Below, in pieces: positions 54,167-64,000 of a stretch of DNA of 64,000 bases (positions are counted from its first letter, which is position 1; every line of letters begins with the position of its first letter). This DNA comes from Tubiluchus corallicola (lineage: Eukaryota > Animalia > Priapulida), in the NCBI GenBank assembly GCA_030141605.1, contig JAQGDQ010000081.1, positions 434,001 to 498,000 of the forward strand, read 5' to 3'. The notes under the pieces are model-generated. The model was not told the DNA's origin. It did no database searches and worked only from the letters and a program-made list of their open reading frames with translations. Made by a program: the position numbers and the translations under genes.

Positions 54167-54497
54167 TAGAGGTGAGCTTTTTTAATTATAAAGCGAATTC
54201 CAATCGAATCAAATTTGTGACTTTCGAATACGAATCGAACCGAATTTCAGCATTTCGAATCTGAATCGAATTCGAATTGAGTTTGAAAGATTTTCGAACA
54301 AGTTTTTGAACCACTAGTAAAAAGTGGTCTTACAAAGATTGTGCATATTACTTTATTTTGTTCAGCAGTAAAACCGCTATTAGTTTGTTAAAAATTTTGC
54401 ACAGAAACTGCAGCTAAATTGTACTAATTGCATGCTGTTTGAAACATTTTAGTGATAAAAAACATGTGTGGCTGAAGTGCTGAATTATTCGAATTTA
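54167..54497. mobile_element. Truncated, inverted second copy of the same hAT MITE
   Basis: Starts TAGAGGTGAGC; reverse complement closely similar to about 55300-55629. Confidence 0.85.
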
Positions 54498-55208
54498 TGA
54501 TTTAAGGTGGCAACGTTTGGCTAGCTTTTCCTTGCGTGGTCCTTACGTGGAAGCTTTACTAGTATCAGTGTGGCCACTCCGTGGTGTATCAGGTGGCCAG
54601 CCCATGGGGACGTAATTATATAGTAGCATTCGTTTTGCTGTGTCGTCACATGCGTATTTTCAGAAACTTTATTAGCAGAGTTGACGTAATTGCATGAGGC
54701 AACAGCCTCATCTGGCTTCACTTTTAGCACCTGCTGCCTAGTGAGCAGCCTGCATGGATATATCCAATGCACACTGTCAAATTTTACTGCGCAATGCAGC
54801 AATGCCAAATTGGAGCAACATATATGATCTAAAGACTTACTCTCGTCCACTTTAGACAATCTCATCAAAGTCAGAATTTAGTAGTACGCTTGGCCTGTCC
54901 TTTAAATGTTGAGAATGAAACTGAACAATATCAAAATATCTTTTGTTGTCACTTCTGTTTCTTAATAAGTTATTCAAAGAGCTATAAGAAAAAAATTAGA
55001 CTGTATCATCAACACGGGGCCAGTATCCATAAAATGGTAAATATTATGCAGATACAGAGCTCTTGGCTAATTAAAACTCTCGTGGCATTATTGCACAATA
55101 AGAAAGCATTCGTTTTCCGAAAATGTCAGCATTTGGTAATAGATGTCACCACCTTTCGGTTCGGTACCCAAGGGTGGCTTCATATATACATTGCTGTGTA
55201 TTCAGTAT

Positions 55209-55629
55209 TAGGGGTGAGCATCGAACGTTCGAGTTCGAACGCTCGAATTCGATTGAAACGAGTTTTTTCAGTTCGAACTCGATTCGAATCCAAAACTATA
55301 GATTCGAATAATTCAGCACTTCAATCACACATGTTCTTTATCACTAAAATGATTGAAACATCATGCAATTAGCATAATTTAGCTGTGATTTCTGCACACA
55401 ATTTTAAACAAATTACTAGTCGTTTTATTGCAGAACAAAATCTAGTGATATGCATGATCTTTGTAAGACTAATTTTTAATGGTGGTTCGAAAACTTGTTC
55501 GAAAATCTTTCAATCTCAATTCGAATTCGGTTCGAATTCGAAACACTGAAGTTCGGTTCGATTCGAGTTCGAAAGTCACAAATTCGGTTCGATTCGAATT
55601 CGCTTTCTGGTAGAGAATGCTCACCCCTA
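55209..55629. mobile_element. hAT-type MITE with TTCGAA-rich subterminal repeats
   Basis: TIR TAGGGGTGAGCAT / ATGCTCACCCCTA; perfect 8-bp TSD TTCAGTAT. Confidence 0.92.
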
Positions 55630-57389
55630 TTCAGTATACGTATATGTACTATACGAGTCCTCATAACAATTAATGTCAACATTGACGATGATGGTCTAAA
55701 GCTGTAACTTTTTTCTGATTATAGTGTTATGCAATTACTCGTAGTTGCAGTCGAAATTCGCCATTGTCCTTTTGTTAGAACTTTTCAAAGCCAAAGAAAT
55801 AAGAAAATGTGTCACTTAATAACAATAATTACAAATAAATAACAAAGGAAATACTGACGAAGCGACCACACATGGATAGATGCGTGATATTTGTTCGTTT
55901 TTTTGGAGGAGGGGGAGAGTTGGTTAAAAGGGTTGAACCACAGATTGGTGGACTGAAATTTTGTCAGTGTGACAAGAGAATTGACAGTGACTGAGGCGAC
56001 AAACGACAGCAAAAGCAATAAAACAGTAACGGCAACAGCAACGCCAAGGGAAGAACAAATAATGTAATTTGCTTCGGAATACATATCTGTCCGGCTTTCA
56101 GGGGTTTTGTGAACCGCTAAATGGGCGCATTTACTTCATTGACTTGGCAAATAAAATTCACGACTTCTATTCTCATCGTTATCAATGCCTGCTAACGAAT
56201 ATCAGCGCAGAGTAAAATTGATACTTCCACGTGTAATGGTCAAACAGGCAAGATAGAGGGTGTAACAGAAAGGGAATCTAAGTAGAAAAGCAACCTTTTA
56301 AGTGCTCGGCATTGCCCACTTGAAATTGGGTAGAGAGACTGTTGGCGAAATGTCTTATCGATGATCGATAGAGAAGCTTAAGTCAACAAAACCATGTAAG
56401 CATTCACAGAAAGACCCAAACTGTTAATTTAGTTATAAAAAGAGAAAGAAAAATGTAGTGTAGCATAGAAAGTGCACTTATACACCATCGAATTATCATA
56501 ATTGATCGTCCAACTGCAATTTAGTTAACTGCTGGGTTTGCCCGCTGAAGTTTTGTGAACACTCAAGTTCTAGTTGGCCTCGTCTCTACTTTTTTGGTTT
56601 GTGCAGTTGGCATTAATTTAAGGTTTAAACCAAAAAACATCTCAGTTGTTTGGAAAAATAATTAGTATTGCACGTGTTGTTTTAAGAAATTTACCAAAGG
56701 TCTAAACTGGCAATATGTATTGGTTAAGTTCTTGCTGTTAAATTGTCAATGCCACTAAATAAAGAAAATTTCAAGTTTGTTAGTTAACAGGTTACATGAT
56801 TTAGTTTGGCATACTGGATATACATTTCCTTACTATTATTTATATAATAGCACTGTGATTATCCATTTCGAATGTTACGACAAAACCATGCAGTAAATTG
56901 AATTGTGTTAAGCTAAATATGATGCGTAATTGCTTCTAGATTGTGCATAAGCCAAAATTATTACCTACAGATTAAAATCAATACTTATTCAGTATTATCA
57001 GGTGATGCACACTGTCCTGACTTAGCGGCACACATGCTTTTCTTGGTCTGGTCAAAGTACTGATGCGATTAAAGTCCCCTAAAGTTTCGTTTTGACTTAA
57101 TTAAAGAAAGCTGTACGTAGTATAATTTTTATGCAGATTGGTTTGACGCAGAACTTCGCTATAGGCAGCAATGAAACCCTGTATTTCAATTTTCCAAGGT
57201 GTTTATATTAAAGACGCTAGTGCCTATCGGGCTTGGTCATTACAAAATATAAAAAGGTTGCTAAACATGCTGTCAGCACAATAAAAAGTAAAGAGCAGAC
57301 CGTTAAACTTGCAAAATGCATTAAACTACAATTTAAAAATGCGCATGCGTAGAATTCTCACACATTTTGCAAGCACAATTTAGAATCAC

Positions 57390-57484
57390 CTGACAAGAGC
57401 TTCCCATGATTATGTTGTCGACGTCTTCCTGTGCGTCTTCCGCTAAACTGATTTCATTTAAACTGCACAAATATCTCTCCACAC
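57390..57484 (-). CDS. Putative upstream coding exon (AK long isoform or upstream gene)
   Basis: Strong acceptor ctttcctgttctattcctctttccag|, donor CAG|gtgatt; open: VERYLCSLNEISLAEDAQEDVDNIIMGSSCQ, phase 1 to 0. Confidence 0.55.
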
Positions 57485-57745
57485 CTGGAAAGAGGAATAG
57501 AACAGGAAAGAGTTTTATGTGTACATCCGTATTACTGGGAACTTATACTGAGAAGCATTTTTGAAGCATATATACTCTAGAATTATACGTATACATTGTT
57601 AGAAGATTGTATAATAGTACAGGCAGCTTTAACAGTAGGTACCTAGTTTCTGTTACAGCTAGAATCGTAATGTAAAAATACAGAGTTCTTCCCGGTATAG
57701 TAAAAAACGGGATTTGAGGTGAAATTTAGGTTGATGTAATATTAC

Positions 57746-57836
57746 TTTTTTGCACAGTGCCTTCGTTGACTAGTTCTTCGGTTATCACAGCTGTTATTTC
57801 ATCTGTAACAACGTCTTCACTGTTATCACCATGTAC
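57746..57836 (-). CDS. Putative upstream acidic coding exon
   Basis: ttttatttttgcag|GTA...AAA|gtaata; VHGDNSEDVVTDEITAVITEELVNEGTVQK, phase 0 to 1, matches next exon's phase. Confidence 0.5.
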
Positions 57837-58509
57837 CTGCAAAAATAAAATGTGCAGAAAGCTAATTATTTATTCCAATTATAATTCAGAATGTGCGAGA
57901 ATTTTGCTCATGCGAATTTTTTAAATTCTGTTACATGGTCCTGCCAACGGAGTTCAGAAAATTTTATTTGTTTTCGTTTCAGCTGTTAGCGGATGCAAAA
58001 CCGAAAATCTTTGTGTATTGACAGTGTGTTGTGTACTGATTGGTCATAGTATGTACTTAGCGAGCGTAAATTAAGCAATGCTAAATGTGGTTAGAAATGG
58101 CGGCTTCATCTGACAAATTGTCTGCGGTCTAGCTTGTCTGAAGACCGTGTATGAGTTCAAACGTGATTAAAACGCCGCTGACGGTCGAGCAACTTATTCT
58201 AGAAGCTTTCCTTAATAACTAGATACCGGTCTCGCCACAGCCACTTCGTTCTCTGACTTAAAGAACAAACTGACTTAAAGACGAAGACAAATTGACTTAA
58301 AGACGAACACAAAATTTATTTATTGTCGCTTATTTAGAAGTCTTATTGAAGCTTTAATAATATTTGTTTTATCAGTAATTGTTTTCTTTGTCTATAGTGT
58401 TATTATATTTCAAAATTGAAATTGTACCTATGTCTTTTTTCTTGTATTGTATGTATTTTTGACACTAATAAATATATATATCAATATTTAACAGACAATA
58501 CTAGCACTA

Positions 58510-59866
58510 ACGTTCTTTAAAGGCCCAAATGTGCTGTGATTCTTTATATGACTGTTGCAAAAATCGTGTTTAAAGATAAACACTCAACCAGATAATCCAG
58601 ACGCTATAGTAATAGGAAATTTGGCACCCTGTTCGAAGAAATTAAGTGTAGGAAGAAATGATTTAAATTATGTGATTAAAAGCAAAATTCTCGGGTTAAC
58701 AATTGATAACAAATTGTCATTTGAAACTCACGTAAATGCAACTCGCAGAAAGGTGTGGTCATGTTGGTCATCAGTGAAGAAAAACTGCAGATTACCGACA
58801 TAATTTTTCTATATAAGACAACCATCTTGCCCATAATATTGTATGCATCATCAACGTGATTGCCAAGCAAATATTCAGGCTTCGATGATATCACGTACGA
58901 CGTCATCCGAACATCGACTGGTTCCATGTTATTCCCCGCGAGAGAAATTCTACAACAAATTTGTGGGCTGCCAACTAGCGACTTTACTGCTAAAATAATA
59001 GGAGTAAAGTTTTTCTTAAAGAGTCTAAGTAGTAGTGCAAATCATATTCTCAGAAGCCATATTACAGAAAAATGTGTAGAGTAGTATCAACCCCACAGGA
59101 CCGTAAGCATGTAGTTTGGCTGCATGTGAGCAACGTTCGGGACTTCTTGACAGTAACTAAAATGATTGATATTCGCTCTGAACGTGTGGGTGAGTTACGC
59201 CACAGCGTGTTTCAGTACTGCAAAAATTATGCATAATCCTATCTAAATATGAAATGGAGTAATAAACTAAAAACTAATACACAACCTCCTGGGGAAACTA
59301 CAGCCATTTTGATGCACAAAAAGTTAGATCAGGCTCTTACTTTAAATGTTGGAAGAACCGAAAGAAGAGTATAAGTAGCTGCACTGAGGTTATTGACTGG
59401 TCAGGGAAATTTTAATGAGTTGATGATTCGTATTGGATTTGCTAGAGACGAGGTTTGTGAAAGCGGTATTAAAGCCAAGAATCCAGAACATTTGATATAC
59501 AGATATCATCAAGTTGACGCAAACAGGCGAAATGTACTGCTAAATGTGCTGCGAAATGACAACTTAAATCTTTTGTATTGCACCAAAAATGTAAATTTAA
59601 CATCAGCACTATCTTATTTTGTAAATGACCCTTGTATCTTCAAATCTTGCTGCCAAATTTTAGGAATGTAAGGCTTAAATTTGTGTAGTTTTTGAGAACT
59701 TTGGTTGTAACTCTTTTTGAAACTTAAATATTTCATTGGAAATTTTGTAAATTAGTATATTAGTTTAACGACATTTCTATGTTACTAAACAGGAAGCTTG
59801 TTTCATAAATAACCTAGATTTTAGCACTCACTTTAATACTCCTTGTTTAACTTCACCGTAAATAAA
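58510..59866 (+). mobile_element. Decayed LINE fragment related to the 19.3 kb copy
   Basis: KILGLTIDNKLSF and ILPIILYAS...FDDITYDVIRTSTGS...ICGLP align by eye with VLPVILYSAS...FDDLYHDVFRTATGS...LCGLP; boundaries approximate. Confidence 0.82.
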
Positions 59867-60016
59867 CTTCACGGTTACGCGCACCATTAAAAAAGCCAAT
59901 TACAGACTGCGTAACATGCAATATTGATGGAATTCAGTCTATTTAGTGTCTGCGTAAAATTGTATAATGTTTATACAGAAATTTTTGCCTTCACATAGAG
60001 CCTGATAAAGACTTAC

Positions 60017-60197
60017 CACCACCACCATCATCATCATCATCAATAGCACTAACGGCTATTTAGCGACTTACAATACAGGCAAAACACAACACACAAACAG
60101 CGAATAACATGTAGGGTATATGCTCTGGCGTTGAGAGCTGCTGGTATCGAACTCAAGACGGCATAGTAGCAGTCCGAAATCTAAACCACTCGGCCCA
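60017..60197 (-). mobile_element. tRNA-derived SINE
   Basis: Minus strand box A-like GGGCCGAGTGG (60196-60186), box B GAGTTCGATACC (60154-60143), simple-repeat tail (GAT)n(GGT)n. Confidence 0.6.
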
Positions 60198-60843
60198 GAA
60201 CTCATATCAACCAGTTACAAAATTAGGCGTTATTCTATGGTTGAAAATCCTTTTCTGTCTGTGCTCCGCCTATCTAGAATATCTTACTTGTTGCTGTATG
60301 CTATTGAACTCGCAAATTCATTAAATTCTTTTAAATGACATTTTCAAACACATTTATTTAAATTGAATTTTTTACGGTCACTTAATCTTTATTTTTAATG
60401 TATTTAGATTTTAATGTATCTTACAAATTCTAAATGTATTTTATTGTTCAGCGTGCAGAATTTTTAAATCCTGTAGAGCGCTGTACAAATAAGCTTTTCA
60501 TTCGTTCGTTTACTCTCTGTACTCAACAATTAAAATACCGTTTTGGAGAGTGCCGGATTGTATCAAGAATAATTGAAGGCCAATAGAGATGAACTCTTGC
60601 GCGAATTACTGGCGTGATTTTGAAGACCTTTTTTGATAAAGGCGACAAATCTGTCGACAAGGAAAATCGAGAAAGCTTCGTCTGTGACCAGTTTAACAGC
60701 CTTTTAATGAAGCTTTGAACATTAGTGCCAGCTGCTACACCATGTCTTGTTCTCATCAACTGGAAATTTTGTTTCCACGTAAAACGGGAGTAAAAGTTCT
60801 AAAATCTTTTTTGATTGATTCTTCGTCGGGTTTGTTTTCAGAC

Positions 60844-61030
60844 ATGGCGTATTCAGACATAGAGAGTTCTCTCGCGACTTCTCTCTGAGAGTGTGAACTT
60901 GCGTATGAACTCTCAGCAACTTTCGCTGAAATTGCAAAAAATTACAAGAGAAGTTGCCATTCACTAGCGACTTTACTCTCAGAGAGAAGTCGCGCAACAA
61001 GTTGCGAGAGAACTAGTGTGCACGCGCCAT
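60844..61030. mobile_element. Near-palindromic PIF/Harbinger-like MITE
   Basis: Ends ATGGCGTATTCAGAC / GTGCACGCGCCAT; internal arms CGCGACTTCTCTCTGAGAGT / ACTCTCAGAGAGAAGTCGCG. Confidence 0.65.
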
Positions 61031-62186
61031 TAAGGAGTTTAGTTAGAGTTAAACGTTTTATACGTCTAACCCATTAAAATTTCAATATTGAAATTTAGGT
61101 TTGATTAAAGATATTTAGTCGAGGAGATAATCATCCAAGATAGTTTAGATGCAAAAAACTCTACCTATCTCTGAAAGACTGTTTTCACGAGTTTTCTGTA
61201 ACTACATTTTTTAGTGATGAATCTGCGGTCACATTTCTGCCGATCTGTCACTCAAGCTTTACACGGTCGATCGGCAATTTATTCGACTGCCCGATCGTCT
61301 CAAAAGCATTTGAAATGGAAATAGAAATTCGTCGTTCAATGGAAACTGCAATGGAAGTTTATCTAGAAATGCCTGTCAGTATTATACAATTTGTTTAACG
61401 AAAGCTAATTGAGCGATTACAATGTAGGAGCTCTTTATACATTCTATAGTCACTGACTAATCTTCGTAATAATAAAACTGAAAACTGCGATTTCATGCCT
61501 AAATTTTTGCACGAAGTTTTTCAAACGTTCACATACTTTGCATAACAAGAGGCGGTGGAGGTGCAGGTTCTTATTATACTTTTAATTCAAAGTCTGAACT
61601 GGGTACAGCATGACTTCTAAGATTTTTTGTGTTTTGTTAACGTATTTAAACTGATATCATTCGTGTATTTTGTCAAATTTATATTTTTATATAATTATAA
61701 ACTGTATATCCTATGTGCACTGTCAATATAGTAGAAGGGTATTTGAACAAATAAACTTAAGTGAATTGAATTGAAATGATAACACAAAACAAGTAAGACC
61801 GGTATAAACGGATGTTTTAATTTTAATTAAAAATTTTAACTTACAAATTAAAAATTCGATTGATTAGGCCAGTAAAACAAAATGCACTTTGTCTACAGCT
61901 TAACGTGATTGACTTCTGTCAGGGTCTATGTATGTGGCGTAATTGAACACAGATCAAGACATAGTAGTCGCTGGAGGCCTACCCCCTATAACTAGATCCG
62001 GTCGAGCTTCCGGATCTGCGAAGTGTATCGTTAAGTGATGATTACATCACTATAACCACAAAACAAACTATTATAAGGTTAACCCAGTCAAAAAGGTATT
62101 ATTTTATGAAAGTACGATTTACATAACTGGCGTGGCGCACTTGTCTAGTTAACAGCGTTCTCTGCTTATGTGAAACGTCCTTGTAG

Positions 62187-62300
62187 ACTATGATAAATTC
62201 TGACCTCCACACGAGTGATAATCGATCACTCTTTACTCAAGAAACTATGATAAATTCTGACCTCCACACGAGTGATAATCGATCACTCTTTACTCAAGAA
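62187..62300. repeat. Exact 57-bp tandem duplication
   Basis: ACTATGATAAATTCTGACCTCCACACGAGTGATAATCGATCACTCTTTACTCAAGAA x2. Confidence 0.95.
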
Positions 62301-62636
62301 AAAGTGTCTCACATTGAGCCAAACCTACATTGTACGATAACCCTTTTTAAAGAGATAGCATACCTAGCGAAATCCTCGTTAAAATCTGTAGTGCTAACTT
62401 ACTAAACGAAATGGTGATTTAGACTTCATCAAGCATCGATTTAATGCATTATACACTGCCTTCCCCGGGAACTTACTAAATCCTCCTCGACGAAAATAAC
62501 GTGCGTTTATTTCATCACAAATAAATGTTGAAACTAAATAATGTATTTTTTGTGTTTTTGTGAATGAAACGTAGTGACATCACAATTTCCAATTTAACAG
62601 CCCAATCAGAGATCACTTTGATTTGGTTGAAATTGA

Positions 62637-63000
62637 TTGGGCCCGATTATGACCTTTTGGGGCCCCCAGACTAATGAAATCATGGGGCACCCTCTAATTT
62701 GCTCGAAATCGTCTCGAATATTTTTTACTTGTAATATATTTCCGCAATATTTGTATAGTTGTGAGCTCCATATTTCAAATAAAAGGCTTCAAATAAAGGG
62801 CCTCAAACAAGGGCCCATTGTCTCAAATAAAGGCCTTAAACAAGGCATCCTTTCTCTCAAATGAGGAGCCACTTTAAAATTGGTTTTTCAGACTTGCTGG
62901 CTTCCTTTTTCAAAGTTAAAATTTTGAATTAATCAGGAATCCCAAACTTGAGGGACCCTAGACTGTAGCCTATGCTAGCCTATAGGGTAATCCAGTCCTG
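62637..63000. mobile_element. Decayed GGGCCC-rich hAT-like MITE
   Basis: Right end GGTAATCCAGTCCTG, left end degenerate GGGCCCGATTA; no clear TSD. Confidence 0.45.
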
Positions 63001-63625
63001 GTTACAAGAGTTTTATCTCTCTTGGCACGTATTTTCATCACTATTTAGCCACTTACCCTGAGCTAGGGCATCAGGGACCGATTCGATGCACGTTGGCCTC
63101 TGTGGATACATTTAAAAAATGACGAGGTCCCCAGTTTTAGGTCCCCAAACACACAATCGACTTTCATCGCCCAACTGAAGTTAAATCGACAGAAATGCAA
63201 GAGCAAGCCAAAACCACTTGTACGTAACAAAAGCTGAGCCAGCATACCGATTTTTTGGGCAGCGAGGAGCTATTATGTGAAAACATGACGAGTGGTGGAC
63301 ATTCCAATAATTAAAATTACAGCCGAAAAAAATTATATTACAATTCAGCGAGCAGCAACTTTTTAATTGTATTGGCATATGACGTGTCTGTAGTTCCCGG
63401 ATCTAGAAGCCTTTGAATGACGTTTAATTTAAAATGGAATTTAAAAATGAAGGTTCTTTGTTTGAGTGAACGCGACAAATGAAGCGACTTTGTGACAATC
63501 TAATTACAATCGCGTTTTAATTACAGTAATAATAAAAAGTTGCTGATTTGAAATTAACAAGCATGCGTGCAAAGCGACCTTGCAGAAACACGAAGAACAA
63601 ACTCAGTGCAGAATTCGTGCGAAAT

Positions 63626-63628
63626 GGG

Positions 63629-63703
<75 letters not shown>

Positions 63704-63750
63704 CAGAGAGAGAGAGGAGAGAGGGAGTGAGGGGGAGGCAGAGAGAAAGT

Positions 63751-63849
<99 letters not shown>

Positions 63850-63858
63850 AAGGGGAAA
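63626..63858. repeat. (GA)n microsatellite
   Basis: Direct inspection. Confidence 0.98.
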
Positions 63859-64000
63859 GAATTTATTATTTTTTATTATTTTAATACATGATTATGATAA
63901 TAAACATATACATATTTACAATTCCTTTCTATCTGCAAGGGGTGGTTTATATTATTCATAAGCAGTTAACAAATGAAAATTCACTTAATATACAAAATAC

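Noticed and set aside
54890-55372. Longest ORF in the track (160 aa)
   Set aside because: Runs into the hAT MITE; no domain motif or splice support.
60523-60759. Minus-strand 78-aa ORF as AK first coding exon
   Set aside because: Only weak donors in phase 0 and no recognisable motif.
63548-63961. ER-repeat ORFs (also 227-535, 18972-19409, 27167-27397)
   Set aside because: Translations of (GA)n/(CT)n microsatellites.

Overview
AT-rich eukaryotic (invertebrate, arthropod-like) genomic DNA; most ORFs in the supplied track are noise. Two spliced genes face each other tail-to-tail. On the + strand is a discoidin domain receptor tyrosine kinase (Ddr): 15 in-frame coding exons from 17592 to the stop at 38093, about 940 codons, with no signal-peptide exon found. 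On the - strand is an AK1-type adenylate kinase: a 204-aa core in 6 exons (47892 to 41975) including one GC-AG intron, with a chain of putative small in-frame upstream exons reaching about 57.8 kb. Introns carry two decayed related LINEs, several hAT, Kolobok and Harbinger-like MITEs (some with target-site duplications), a tRNA-derived SINE, micro/minisatellites and many enhancer-like islands. The best leads are clusters of Quaking/How (ACTAAY) and Rbfox (TGCATG) motifs around frame-preserving cassette exons in both genes, and a modular alternative N-terminus for the kinase. No wholly new system is demonstrable from the sequence alone.
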